From positions 170,934,001 to 170,998,000 of the forward strand of contig NC_059425.1 of assembly GCF_021028975.2 (NCBI RefSeq): a DNA stretch of 64,000 nt, written 5' to 3'. Made by a program: the position numbers and the translations under genes. The stretch comes from Sphaerodactylus townsendi. Lineage: Eukaryota. Shown one piece after another: positions 49,683 to 62,699 of this stretch. Position 1 is the stretch's first letter, and every line of letters begins with the position of its first letter. The notes under the pieces were generated by a model. That model made no database searches, was not told the DNA's origin, and was given only the letters and a program-made list of their open reading frames with translations.

Positions 49683-52600
49683 CTTGGGGATCCAGAAGAG
49701 ATGGATGTTACATAAAATGAATGCAAGACTATGGCAAAATGTAAATCAAGATCAGTTTGGCATCAAATACTGGTTTAGGTTGTTTACTGACAAAGGCATT
49801 TTATTTGGAACCCTGGTCAATCTGTGTAGAGGGTCAGACATTCCAGCCTACCTAGAATTTGTCATTAAATAAATAATATAATTGCAGTGGAGCACTATAA
49901 AAAAGGGAAGGGGCTTTGGTAAAGGAATCCTTCTGCAGTTTTTATATATGCTGCCACCAATCCTGATTTGCTTGGAAGTGGGACGTTTCCCACCTGAACA
50001 AAAGGCACAGGAAAATCTGTGGGTATTTTTAGTCAAGCAACAGTGCAGAAATATTTCCCCCTCTTTTTATGGACAGCTTAGGGGGCACAGCCTATATCCA
50101 ATCAGCAAGTTTCCCCACGTGCTTCTCTGTTTCTGCAGTCCCTTCATATCCCACCCTATCCCAAAAGATCATTCCTAGGTTCATAGGACCCACCCAGAGA
50201 AATACTTGCAGCTTCTTTGATGGAAAGGAGGCCAATTTCATCTACTTTTCCTGACTCATTTCAGCAGATTCCTGTGTGGGTCCTCTGACCCTAGAAACAG
50301 CCTTTCTAGGAGCTGATAGCACCAGAATGATGGGAAATTGTGGGTCTCCTGTGCAGATGCATGCAAACCACTATAGTTCTGAAATCACAGCTTACCTGTT
50401 CAAGGAGGGAGTAGTTGATACATTATATTTGATTGAGTATGATCCCTTGTCATTTTCTGGGGTTTTGAATATGATGTTTTTCGGTGTTTCACTGACATTC
50501 TGTTCTTTTTTATACTCTTTAGGCATCTGGCTTGACTTTATAATTTTGAGCTCCTCATCACCCAGAAAACTCTCTTCTTTGGGCTTCAGACATGCTTCCG
50601 CTTTCGGAGAAGTCTCTTCGTTGTTAGGTTTCACCTCACTATTTTGCTGGGCTTCCACTTTCTCATCCAAATTTGCTTCTTCGGTGCAAATGTCTTCCTT
50701 GCAGCATTCCCCTGGAAAAGGGTTTTAAACAATGAATCTTACAATAAAAACTGGAATGAACATGCCTGCTCACTGTTACTCAAAACTATCCAGCTTTTTA
50801 AAAGAATAGTTCATTATTTTTAGTGTACATATTTTTAAAATTGCACATGGCAGGTGTCATTTTGGAAGGAACATTCACACAACCTGTCAGGGGAGGAATG
50901 TTTATGTTAACAGTACCAACATTTCAGAGTATCTTTAGGAGACCCTCCTGATGATACCACCCAGGTTTGGTGAAGTTTGGTTCAGGGGGTCCAAAGTTAT
51001 ACTCCATCTACTATTAGCTTCCATTGGAAACAATGGGGGATGAGAGCACCCACTTTGGGGATCCATAACTTTGGACCCCCTAAACCAATCATCACCAAAC
51101 CTGGCTGTTATCAACAAGAGATTATCCTGATGATACCACCCAGATTTAGTGAAGTTTGGGTCAAGGGGTCCAAAGTTATGGACCCTCAAAATGTAGCCCC
51201 ATCTCCTATTAGCTCCCACTGGAAACAATGGGGGATTGGGGCACCCCTTTTGGGGGTCCATAACTTTGGACCCCCTGAACCAAACGTTACCAAATTTGGC
51301 TGGTATCATCAGGAGTGTCACCTGATGATACCCTGAAAGGTTGGTGCCACTAGCCTAAAAACTGCGCCCCCCCGGAGGCCGACAAAGTAAAAACCCTAAA
51401 ATATTTTTAAAATACACCTGACTCGTGTATAAGTCGAGGAGGGCTTTTTCAGCACAAAAAAATGTGCTGAAAAACTCGACTTATACATGAGTATATACGG
51501 TATAATGCATGTGACTTATTGGGAACAGGATATCACATTAAGCTTAGGTTGGAGTGGCTCAGTCTCCAGATGCTATTGGAGCACAATGTAATCCTCGTTG
51601 TGTGATGATTCAGATAGTGAGGACTGATGAAGTGGGCAAAGTGCTTCAAAGTGTGTGGCCCACTACATCCAGTTCTGACCTCTGTCACTCATGGACAATA
51701 GATTCATGCTGGGTTGGGGTGGTTGATTGGATCCATGAAGGTATACTTTGAAGAAGGCTTCCTGGACCCAAATAATTGTGCTACAATGAGTTTGCTCTTA
51801 CTTGACTGCTCTTACTTACAACTGATTCCAAAACTAAGTACTTCGGGACTGCTACTTGGCCCTGTGGCATTCACGCTAAGGGGGCTGTGCAGGGTTTCAT
51901 TTAGTGCCCATGATACTTAACATCTACATGAAGCTGTTGGGAGAGGCCATTCAAAAATTAGGAGTCACCAATATGTAGGTGATCCACAGCTCTACTCCTT
52001 AACAGCTAAATCAGGTGGATCAGTGGAAGTCCTGAATAAGCTCCTGGAGAAGACAATGGGATGGATGAGGACTGAGTAGCTGAATCTCAAGCAAGACAAG
52101 ACAGAGGTGTTGCTGATCACTAGAGAAGCTGCCCAGGGGCTGCAGCTTGTTTCAGGGAGGCTGCACTTCTCCTGAAGGAACAGGTTTCTAACTTGGGGTG
52201 CTACTGGATCCTGGGCTATGGTTGGAAGCTCAGATCTCCTCCAAAGAATATAGCACCTTTTATCAGCTCTGACTGTTCCTCAAAAGCAGGATCTGGCCAA
52301 GGCGATCCATGCTCTGATAATATCTAAGTTAAGTTACCATAATGTGTCATACACAGGGCTGCCTTTGAAAATGGTCCAGAAGCTTCAATTGGTCCAAACT
52401 GTGGCAGCCAGAATTCGGTTGGGGACTGCTTACTGGGGGTAGGTTACCTGGAAGATCTGCACTGGTTGTCCATCTGTTTCCAGGAACAATTCAAAGTGCT
52501 ATTTTTTAGCTTCAACCCCCTAAACAGCTTGAGGCCAGGGTACCTGAAGGACAATCTCCTCCCATACTATCCAGTTCACCAATTAAGATCTGCTCTCTGT

Positions 52601-54425
52601 GCCCCTGTCTTCAGAGGTGAGCTAGCAGGCAACTAGAGACAGGGCATTTGCTGTGGTGGCACCTCAACCAGGGAATGCCCTTCACCTTTAAGCTCATCTG
52701 ACACATACTTTCCTTTCGGCACCTGGCCAAAACACCATTTTTTTCGGAAGCTTTTAATTAGGGGTTTTACCTTATTAGCTATTTAGTAGTCTGCATCTGT
52801 TTCATGGATAACTGCTTGTTTCTAGTGGTTAATTTTCCATAGTGTGATTTTAATTGGAAGCTGCCTCAAGTAAAAATTCTGAAAAGACATCATAGAAATA
52901 TCCTAAGAAATAAACAAAGTAGGAATTACATTCTTACCACTGGATCTGGATAGACTTTTTATATCCCTGATGACATCTGTTAAAGCATTACGTAGCTCAT
53001 CCCTAGGCTGGAAGGAACATGGATTAGTTAGCAATAAATCAGTTTCAATACAGCTTCTTGTTTCATTTGTAATATGGTAAGACATCGAAACATACCAAGA
53101 ACTACATACGTACATAGGCTGTAAAAATATGCCTCATTTACAGGATTTCTCAAAATTCACTTGTAATGAAATGGAAGTGTTAAAACAAATAGGTGCTACA
53201 CAGCATTTGAGGATGACGAACCTGTGCTCCTGCCAGAATTGCTTCTTCGTATACAGTCATGACTTTTTCAAGGGTGCCCAACTGTTCAAGGCGCATCCGG
53301 CATACCCAGTACTTGGCAAGTCTTTTTGCATCTGGAATGCTCTGTATTAGCTCTTCCAAAGTTGAATGTATTTTATCAGATGAATAACCCTGAGGAAAGG
53401 TGTACAATGTTAAGGAAGAGACAGAATTGGCCAGCTGTGCTCTTAGCATTATTCTCTTCGACAGGAATTCCAGAGTAGCAGCTCTGATCATCTGTTACAC
53501 TCAACACAACCAAATACCTTCTGCTACCTTTTGTGGCATATCTGCTTTTGTCTGATGCACAATTTTCTGCCTCTCTTCAACATGCAATACAAGAGTTGAT
53601 CCACATACCCCATTTCCAATTCAAAACAGGGGCCTCCTATAAAGCTCATCACAATGTGAGGGAGTTTTCCATGTTCAGGTTATTTGTGATACACTGAAAC
53701 CCTCCACTCGGTGTGAAAGAGTTTCGGTGTCAGGGACTGAACCTAGTTAATTGAGATGCTTTCCTGCCTCATTGTAATCACTACAAGAGATATGTAACCA
53801 GCCTACTATATGTTACCACTGCTGTAATGGGACATTCTTTCTTTGCTCTTTTCTTTATGGCTTTACACGCTAAGTAGATAACCAGGCGCACTGACAATTC
53901 TACTCTCATAGGAAACAGGATGTTTCTGTTGTGCGGGGGGGGGGGGGGTTGAGCAGGAGGCGAGGTAGCTTTATCTCTATCTGTTGCTGACCTTAGGGTG
54001 CTTTGGCTCCGAAACCTAATCAGTAAAGTTCACAATATGTTCTCTATAGATGGTAACTGGGAACCTGCAGCTCCTTCTTTTTAACAAGGAATTTCAAGTT
54101 TTCTTTTTCCACCTGCCAAGTAGGAATCTTACACCTAACAGACAGTCTCTTTGCTCCCAGCAGCTGCAGTCACTGCCGTAAGATATTACTTATCAACTAG
54201 GGGTGGCAATAATGCATATACATCACCCTGAGTTTGATGAAAGAAGGGTCTTGAAAGGAGGAATAACTATTTTTTCCAGAATCCATTTGTTTCCTGTTTT
54301 TTAATAATAATAATAATCATCATCATCATCATCAGATACATTACAACTTCCTAGGCCTCTGGGTGAGGCTCGAATTGTAATGAAGGCCAACAATCAGCTA
54401 AAGATCTGGCAGCTGTGAAATCTAC

Positions 54426-54515
<90 letters not shown>

Positions 54516-57500
54516 AATTTCTCTGTTCTCTGCACACGAATATTTTCGACGTTTGTTCGGTACTTCCAGTAGCTCTGCAGTCTTCAGCCCTGGTTGCTCA
54601 GCTGAAGATCCTGAGTCCTGTAGCCCATTTTCCGCCAAGTGCCCAGGTACTCCAGCACTAGACGCGGTCCTTGTTGACCCGGGCGACGACCGATCCGGTA
54701 TAAAGTTTCTTTTTCTTGTCTTCACCATGGTTTTGGGTTTTGGACACATTTAGTCTGGCTCCTCATCAGAGGCCTCTCTCGTTTGGGTGGCCCTCCAGCA
54801 CAGCCCTCTGACTCATTGGAGCACACAAGCCCCACCACCACACCAAGGTAGTGCCCTTTGGGGGAGCCAAATGCCATAGAAATAAAGAGCTTACCAGTGA
54901 ATGAAAGCTACAAATACTTGGGGATACTGCAAGCAGAGAACATCAAGCATGCAGAGGTCAAAGGCGCAATTAGGAAGGAATATCTTAGAAGGGTCAGAAA
55001 AATTTTGAAATCAAAGTTAAATGGAGGAAATACAATAAAGGCAATTAATACTTGGGCGGTGCCTGTAGTACGCTACACTGCTGGCATAATTAACTGGACA
55101 CAAGCCGAATTGGACAGCCTGGACAGAAAAACAAGGAAAATTATGACCATCAATCGAGCACTGCATCCAAGAAGTGATGTAGACAGACTCTACCTAGCAA
55201 GGTCAGAAGGAGGAAGAGGACTGCTCCAGGTCAAGCAATCAGTAGAGGAAGAGAAAAGAGGCCTGAAAGAATACATCCAAGAAAGTCAAGAGCCAGCATT
55301 GAAAGAAGTCCACAAGGCTGAGATGCTGAAAGCCAAAGAATCAAAAGAAGAGTATAGAGTCCAACAGTTTAAAACACGAAAGGAGCAGTGGCTAAACAAG
55401 CCACTCCATGGGCAGTACTTTAAGAACATTGAAGACAGCAAGCAAACATGGGAGTGGCTCAGAAGGGGAACTCTAAAGAAAGAAACTGAAGGCCTGATTT
55501 TTGCTGCCCAGGAGCAAGCATTACGGACAAATGCAATAAAGACACGAATTGAAAAGTCCTACAATGACCCAAAGTGCCGTCTCTGCAAAGAGTGTGATGA
55601 AACCGTGGAGCACATCATCTGCTGCTGTAAGAAAATAGCCCAAACTGACTATCTCGAAAGGCACAATAGGCTAGCAGCAATGGTGCACTGGAACCTTTGC
55701 AAAAAGTACGGCCTGCCCTGTAGCAAGACCTGGTACGAGCACAAGCCAGAGAAGTCCACAGAAAATGAAGAAGCAAAAATACTCTGGGACTTTAGAATAC
55801 AGACAGACAGACACCTGGCACACAACACCCCAGACATAACAGTGATAGAGAAGAAACATGTTTGGATCATAGATGTTGCTGTGCCAGTTGACAGCAGGGT
55901 AGAGGACAAAGAGCTGGAAAAGATCACAAAATACAAGGACCTACAAATTGAAGTTGAACGATTGTGGCAAAAAAGAACAACAGTAATCCCACTAGTAGTC
56001 GGTGCTCTAGGAGGAATCCCAAGAAATCTTGAAAAACATCTGGAAAGCCTAAACTTGGACAGAACATCAGTCCACATGCTGCAGAAAGCAGCACTTCTAG
56101 GAACTGCACATATTCTACGCAAATACCTCTAATATCCTAGGTCCTTGGGAAGGACTCGATATTCAGAGATGAATTCCAGACACTTGTGCTGTGTTGTTAT
56201 GTGAATAATAATAATAATAATTATTATTATTATTTGGATCCCGCCCTTCACAACCAAGATTGGGTTCAGGGTGGCTTAAAGAATTAAAAAAAACAGTACG
56301 AAGTATAAAATAACATAATTTAAGAAGCACAGCAACCACAAATCCAAAACATTCAAGATGGCAGCCAAGCAAATTAAATTTGCCATACATCCAGAAAGGA
56401 ACAGAGGAGTTAACACCAGCTAATCAAAAATAATAATTAATAACTGTGATTATTATGGTGAGGGAGGTAAGCAGGAATGGAATACAGGACAATGGGAGGC
56501 CTCTATCTGGCAGAATGGTACAGGCCCTGCGAAACTGTTGAAGGTCCGGCAGGGCCCTGGTGTCAACTGACAGAGAGTTCTGCCAGGCAAGGGCCAAAAA
56601 AGCCCTGGCTCTGGTCAAGGCCAACCTAGCATCCTTGGGCCCAGGGACCACCAGTGAGTTGTTATTGGAGGACTGCAATGTCCTCCTTGAGCAGTACGGG
56701 GAGATATGGTTCCATAGACAAGAGGCCCCCAGACTGCATAAGACCTTGAAAGTCAAGACTAACACCTTGAACGTAATCTGGAATTCCACTGGCAACCAGT
56801 GCAGTTGCCGTAGCACAGGGGTTTTGTGCTTCCTCGCCGTAGTTCCAGTGAGGAGCCTCGTAGCCGCATTTTGGACCAGTTTCCAGACCAGTCTCAAGGG
56901 CAGGCCAATGTAGAGCGAGTTACTATAATCCAACCTGGAGGTGACTGTCACATGGATCACTGTACCCAGGTCCAAGCGGAACAAGTAGGGGGCTAGACGC
57001 CTGGCCTGTCAAAGTTGGACAAAGGCCAATCTCACTGTGTGTGACACTTGGGCCTCCATGGATACAGAGGACTCCAAGGTCACACCCAGGCTGACAGATG
57101 AAGCAGGATGCATCACTCGCCACTAAACTGAGGCAGCTGAAACCCCCTCAACCCGCTCCCTCCAACCAAGCCACAGGACCTCCGTTTTTGCTGGATTTAA
57201 TTTCAATCTACTCGTCCTCAACCATCCAGATACAGCCACCAAACACTGGCCCAAAACATTGGGGCCAAAACATTGGGCCCTTCATCAGCAGGAAAAGCTG
57301 GGTGTCAACATCTTACAGAAGACTCTTGGCAAGTGGTAAATTTTTAACCATTGAACCATTCCATCCAAAAATGAGACAAATCGTTCTGGAATTGAGACAA
57401 CAGTCTTACAAGGTCCCATTCCTTACATTCCTGTATATCAACAGAGCATGCTTATTATGACTTAACCCATTTCTCACCTTCTCAATGAAGAACAGACATT

Positions 57501-60493
57501 CTGTGAGGGTTTTATTGACTGTATCGCTGAATAATTGTTGTTCATCTTCCTCCGCTATGGCAGCCCAGAAGGATTCAACCGTTTCTTTCACTGTTTGCTG
57601 TACCTCTGTTGCAGGCCGAGCATCTGTTGATAAGGGAGTAGGAGGCTTCTTCAATGCTTTCCTTTTAGATGTTTGCCATTCAGCCAGTTGACACCTGCAA
57701 ATGTGTCTGCCAGTGTTATCAATATGTTCCTTTTTCAGAAGTCCAGATAACCATTCATCAGATATTGGATACAGTCATAATGTTGCCCAACTGCCCACTA
57801 ATAAGGAATTGTGAATCGTTCACAGCCTTCCACATTCCTCCCACCTCCCCTCTTGGTTACAGAACTAGTATCACTTCTATACCGATGCCAACGCAAAACA
57901 CCATTGGCGCAAATTAGTTTGCAAACCCATTCTTAACCTTAGTTGCAAGCTATGGTTTAGTGCCATAGTTAGGAAAGAAGAGTGGTGCAGGTGCAAGACC
58001 AATCTTGGTGAGTTCCAAAACTGAAAAAGTAGGGCAGCGCCCCAACGAGAACCTCCAAAACTGGAAAAGTGGAGCAGTGCCCCACAAGAAGAAGAAGGAC
58101 ACTGTTGATCATCTAACCACGTTTAGTTCATGGGTAAGGCTCTGGAAACATTAACATTTCATTGTAAAACAGGCATTTTAAGAGCATTTTGTGCAATTAT
58201 GTTTTTTATATCTGGTAACTGCAGCCATTTTTATCAACCTAGGTTCTCACTGAACCAAAGGAATCAGTGCTTTTAGCCACAAGCCCAAACTGATCTTCAG
58301 CACCTGAAAGTAAAGAACATAAAATGAAGGGCCACTAATCACAAAATTATAAAAACATAGAAAATATATATAATGAATTAATATATAATATATAATGAAT
58401 GAAAATCCTCAATCTTAAGGACCCTTAACATGTATTGATGGTTCTACTTAATTCAATTCATATAGGATTAAGCTGTGTTCCCCTTCTGTGTTTGTTTTTC
58501 ACAAGCCGCTGTTAATTCCTTTTACTAACTTTGACTTCTGTCATAGGCTGATTTAGAAGTTTAGTAGCTTTCAAAAACCGATTGGGATTACAAGATCCTT
58601 CAAGGTATTTGTGCCCCACTTGCAGAAAGGTAAACAACAATCTGCTGTTAGCCACTGAACGAAACAACCCTGAAAGAATTGTCTGTTTTCAAGTAGAGAA
58701 ATTTGGATGTTTAGCACTAGATCCATTTTGAATACTCAGGGATGTAGAACAGTATATCTTGTTCAGTTGCATGAGATAAAGCAGCATTAAAATTGCCATT
58801 ACCTTCTTGCTTCTGCAGATTGGAGCAGAGCACTTTTCCTGTTCCCAACTGAGGCACGCATAATATTATTACTTCCAGGAACTGAGCCTGCCAAAGCTCC
58901 TGTTGGGGGAACTGACTTCTTTGGTCTTGGTTCAGACTTAGCAGCATGACACGGCACTGTTTTCAACTCTGGCTTCCAATTCTTATTGGGCTGCTTTTGG
59001 ACAGTCATTTTATTAACTGATGACGTCTTGACGGAGGGTTTGTCATGGTTCACTATGGGTTTGGGCTGGCAAACCGATACCTTAACAGGAGGCTTCGTTT
59101 GACGTGATACAATATGTACGGATTTTGAAGCATTCGCTGTGTTAGGGACTTGGTCCTTTGTGGATTCAGTCTTTGCCACTGGCTTAGAAGAGGCAGTCAA
59201 AGAATACTTTCTTTCCTCATCCTCTGGTGGTTTTCTGAAGGAGTTAATCTTAGATGAAACTATCTTGCCACGATAGGAGCCAAGAACAGACTTTCTGGGA
59301 AGGCACGCAATAGAATTCTGTGTGGCTGTTTTCAACTGCTTTTCTTTTGCATTTTTCTTCAGTATGAATGTGTGGCTGAACGACATGCGCAGGTTCTTCA
59401 TTTCAGCAGGCTCATCTTTGGAAATGGTAGTGGTTGTAATAGCATCCGGGCCACAGTTTACACCTCTAGAAGTTTCCTTCAGGATAGCAGATGAATTCAT
59501 GGATGATGGAGACATTGAACTTTTTTCCAGAGAACAACCCACTTGGTTCCATGCAGAACCATCTGCATTTTCCTTGTTTTCCTGAAATGAAATTGACAAA
59601 AGTAGTAATATTTTCCCCACACAGGCGTTCCCAGCATGAAGGTGCATACAAACCCTTGCATTAAACAGTAACACAAAGACAAGATCAAAGATGGCTAATA
59701 CCATTATTGTTACACAATCTGGCATCATAACACCGAGACACCATTTTGGAAGTCTGACAATTAGGCTTTAACATAGGATAATACGCACGTATACAACTCC
59801 ACAATTTCTTTGGTTTTCAGAGAAAGGAGCTGTATGATTAAGCAGCCCCTCCATAACCAATGCGAATACTAGAACGCTCTCACTACACCTATAACATAAT
59901 GTACCATAATGTAGTACAAGTTTAATTTGCATGAACACCAAATCCCTGGACTTTGTGTCTTTTTACCAGATCTGAACAAAGATAACATAAGTTTATGAAT
60001 TTGAGCATAAGACACATCTAGGCATTTTGTGTGATCTCTTAAAATGTGTTTACATTATGAATATAAATGCCTTAAAATAAATTATAGTATAACATGTATA
60101 CTATTAAAGTTGTTTAATTTCTTTTAAAAAGTTGCTTTATCAATTTATCTAAGTCTAATCAGGGCCTAGAATGAAGATCAAAAAATCTACACAGTGGTGC
60201 CATGTACATAATGGGAGGGGGGGGATTTTCCCCTCGAGCTTAGCCCGTTCTCCAGGCTGTACTCCAGCAATCTTAGTACACAATCGAAGGATGCTTCCAC
60301 CTTATTTATTTGAGTGAATTTAGCTCATTCTCTTTTGCAACATTCTCTTTTGCAACTTCCCACCCCCCTTAATTATAAAGTAGTTGTAATACATCTGGAC
60401 TCAGAATTAAAGCAAATAAATACCAAACATTATGTTTACCATGTCGGGGTTTGTCAGTGATGTTTTTTCTGGCAGATTCACTTCAGCTGACAT
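49424..60493 (-). CDS. CKAP2: CKAP2 cytoskeleton-associated protein 2, 7 identifiable coding exons, about 620 aa
   Basis: ENKEN KEN-box, VLGSYRGKIVSSKINSFRKP, LAEW, SFWAAIAEED, AKYWVCRMRLE and LTPVRRSRRL motifs; consistent phases; the start codon is less certain. Confidence 0.93.
50396..50711 (-). CDS. CKAP2: CKAP2 exon
   Basis: ...FKTPENDKGSYSIKYNVSTTPSL; phase 1 to 2. Confidence 0.92.
50935..51500. mobile_element. Truncated Tc1/mariner (Tigger-like) MITE with internal ~120-bp repeats
   Basis: Right end tcgacttatacatgagtatatacgg followed by TA; repeated ggacccc..aaccaaa..caccaaa units. Confidence 0.6.
51875..52760 (+). mobile_element. L2-clade LINE RT fragment (decayed)
   Basis: Degenerate RT and 'LQLVQ..AAR...LHWL' coding remnants with frameshifts. 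Confidence 0.75.
52938..53007 (-). CDS. CKAP2: CKAP2 exon
   Basis: PRDELRNALTDVI; phase 0 to 1. Confidence 0.9.
53222..53389 (-). CDS. CKAP2: CKAP2 exon
   Basis: GYSSDKIHSTLEELIQSIPDAKRLAKYWVC...YEEAILAGAQ. Confidence 0.94.
54334..54425 (+). mobile_element. 3' stub of a second R4-type subfamily
   Basis: Encodes RYITTS* followed by gcctctgggtgaggctcga, similar to gtccttgggaaggactcga after the main element's stop; ends in a (CAT)n tail. Confidence 0.6.
54426..54515. repeat. (CAT)30 microsatellite
   Basis: Perfect trinucleotide run; source of the spurious poly-Met/poly-Ile ORFs. Confidence 0.98.
54516..54864 (-). mobile_element. Inverted 5' end (5'UTR and ORF start) of an R4/Dong-type element
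   Basis: Minus-strand frame ...KRRKYSCAENREIM resembles R4 ORF N-termini; preceded by an RTE/R4-like 5' motif (cactaccttggtgtggtggtggggcttgtgtgctccaatga). Confidence 0.7.
54858..56221 (+). mobile_element. R4/Dong-clade non-LTR retrotransposon, 3' 1.35 kb (end of RT, CCHC finger, restriction-like endonuclease)
   Basis: Uninterrupted 424-aa frame: YKYLGI, CRLC..ETVEHII..C, RHN, PD..IIDVAVP..K..KY, ending ILRKYL*; short 3'UTR and (AAT)n tail. Confidence 0.92.
56230..57315 (-). mobile_element. L2-clade LINE 3' fragment (decayed)
   Basis: SRLDYSNSLYIGLP..VQNAATRLLTG..TPVLRQLHWLP motif. Confidence 0.85.
57478..57694 (-). CDS. CKAP2: CKAP2 exon
   Basis: CQLAEWQTSKRKALKKPP...SFWAAIAEEDEQQLFSDTVNKTLTECL. 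Confidence 0.93.
58803..59581 (-). CDS. CKAP2: CKAP2 large exon
   Basis: ENKENAD...SAEAR-R; tttcag| and AG|gtaatg. Confidence 0.93.
60440..60493 (-). CDS. CKAP2: CKAP2 first identifiable coding exon (MSAEVNLPEKTSLTNPDM)
   Basis: ttgtag| acceptor at 60495, ATG|gtaaac donor, in frame with ENKEN. Confidence 0.7.
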
Positions 60494-62303
60494 TCCTACA
60501 AGTGTTTTAGAAAAAAAAGAGTTAAATGTCAAACTAGTCAATATGGGATACTGGTAGCTTTAAAGGTATGAGTCATCCTATCAGAATTAGCATTATTATA
60601 AGATTTGCATACTTCCTTTTCCATCTTCAGATAGCTACTAGTGAAAGGAACCTTGCATGGAGACTTCAGTGTAATAACAGAGCTGCTGGCACTATTCCCA
60701 TGGTCATGGGCAAAGAAAATCATAGCAAGAACTGTGGTTAAGTGTCAGAGCATGCAAAAAGCCCCTGCCAGTCAATGTAGAGGGTACTGACTTTGAAAGG
60801 TCAGTGGTCAGTACAACACAGCTTCATATGCATGAGTTGTCACTAGTTAGGAAAACCACCCCAGCAGACTGCCTCTTCCCTTAGCTAACATTATCTTTAC
60901 ACTTTAACACATAAGATCCTTGTGGCAGATCTGATGATCAAACTGAATAAAACAAGCATAATTCCTTCTTCTAGTAAAATAAGACTATAGCATCCACAGA
61001 ATTTTGGATGACCTTATTAATAATGCAGTCCAGTCACATTTGGAGGTTCTAGAAAAATGGTGGTGGCGGGATCCCTGAAAAACAGGTCTCTCCAGGAAAA
61101 ACCAAGCATATTCACATTTTCTAGCAACATCCACCCCCCAGCATATTTTTCAGACTAGGTAAAATTAGATTGTCCAGTCTTTTTATCTATATCACTCTCA
61201 ATTTTCTTACTGTTTTTATTATTCAGAATAGTTCAATGAGAACAGTGGCAAGAGGCTAAATATTCAGTATAGCTACTAAGATTATAAGAATTCTACAGGG
61301 AGGTATATTTAGATATGCCAACCTGGAAATAAGCCAAAAAAGCCTCAACTTTTTTGGGGGGAGTGGGGGTTGAAAAAAAGAGACATCATTTTAATGGCAC
61401 CAAAAGGCAAAACTGAGAAAATTTTCCTATCATTAAGACAATGATGGGGAAATGCCTCAGGAATATTCTTTGGTCTAAAATTGCTTAATCCCTCAAGCAA
61501 TTTTAGACCAGAGCATCAAGCTGAGACAAATTCCCCCCACCATTCTGGCAATGGTAGACATTTTTTACAGCAACATTGCACTCTTCGAGAAGTCTCTGCA
61601 GGGCTCTGGGGGAGTTGTTTTTTGAGATAGAGGCACCAATTTTTCAGCATAGGTGCAGGTGCCTCTCCTTACTAGAGCCTCTATGGTACTGGTAAGTTAA
61701 GCTTGATTCAAGGCATCCAATTTTATAGGCACACAGTTTACCTCCATTTGAGGGGCCATAAAATTGGATCTCCTGACCCAATCTTCAGCAAACTTGAGGG
61801 TTAATGCAAGGGGAGTCACTTGCACCTTCACTACAACTTTGGTGGCTCTACCTCCCCCCCCCCCCCCCAAAAGAGCCATACAAAAACTTTCCATGGAGCT
61901 CAATATACCTGAACATTCTGGATATTCAAAAAAGCCAGGGGCAAAACCCATACTGGTGCAGAGTCAGCTTTTTTCAGATTTTCTGAAAATGATTGGGTCT
62001 ATTAAATGGAATTTAAAAAACAGTGCACACTCCTAGCCACAATGTTAGCATGCTTCACCAAAAATAACCTGGAGAATTTTAAAGTCTAACAAAAGTTATC
62101 CAAGCATATGCTTTCAGTTCCCTTCATCACAGCTGCATCTGATGAGGAGGTCTGATTCATGAAAACTTTTGCTGGACTTCAACTAAGCACAAGGTTCCAG
62201 TATAGAAATAAAAGTTTGAAAAAAACAAGCACTTTTTTTTAAAAAGGAGAAACATCCTGCAGAGGCTGCTTAACCGAGGCAAAAAAAATAAATTAGGAAC
62301 AAA

Positions 62304-62490
62304 CAGAGGTGGGATCCAACCAGTTCTCACCTCTAGAAGTGGTTACTAATTTTTTCTGAGTGCCGAGAAGGGGTTACTAAAGCAACCTCCCTGCCCAATA
62401 GGGACTGGAGGTGCGTGTGTGCGGCGGCACCACTGTTTGAATCCCACCACCATCAGAACCTGTTATTAAAATTTTTGGATCCCACCACTG
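62304..62490 (-). mobile_element. Shorter copy of the 4303-4872 hAT family
   Basis: Same termini in reverse; TSD ggaacaaa/ggaacata. Confidence 0.8.
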
Positions 62491-62699
62491 GGAACATACT
62501 ACTAGAAACATCTACGGCAACCCAACAACCACAATACCTGCCTAGAAAAAATTACGGCCACTTTTCGGCTTCTCATTGCTGGGGACTTATCCCTTATTTG
62601 ATAACAACCGTAAAATTTGTTTTTCCATCCCAATTTATTCCCGCTTCACCCCCAACACGCCTGCATCCTAAACCCAGCCTAATTGTTTCTAATAAGCAC

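Noticed and set aside
50935-51345. CRISPR-like repeat array
   Set aside because: Eukaryotic transposon-internal repeats without unique spacers or cas genes
54351-54753. Poly-Met and poly-Ile ORFs
   Set aside because: Translation of the (CAT)30 microsatellite next to retrotransposon sequence
59582-59728. Hydrophobic N-terminus of the 309-aa CKAP2 ORF
   Set aside because: Read-through into intron upstream of the tttcag acceptor at 59581
61440-61545. Hairpin with 16-bp arms (tggtctaaaattgctt)
   Set aside because: Most likely an old MITE remnant; nothing supports an RNA gene
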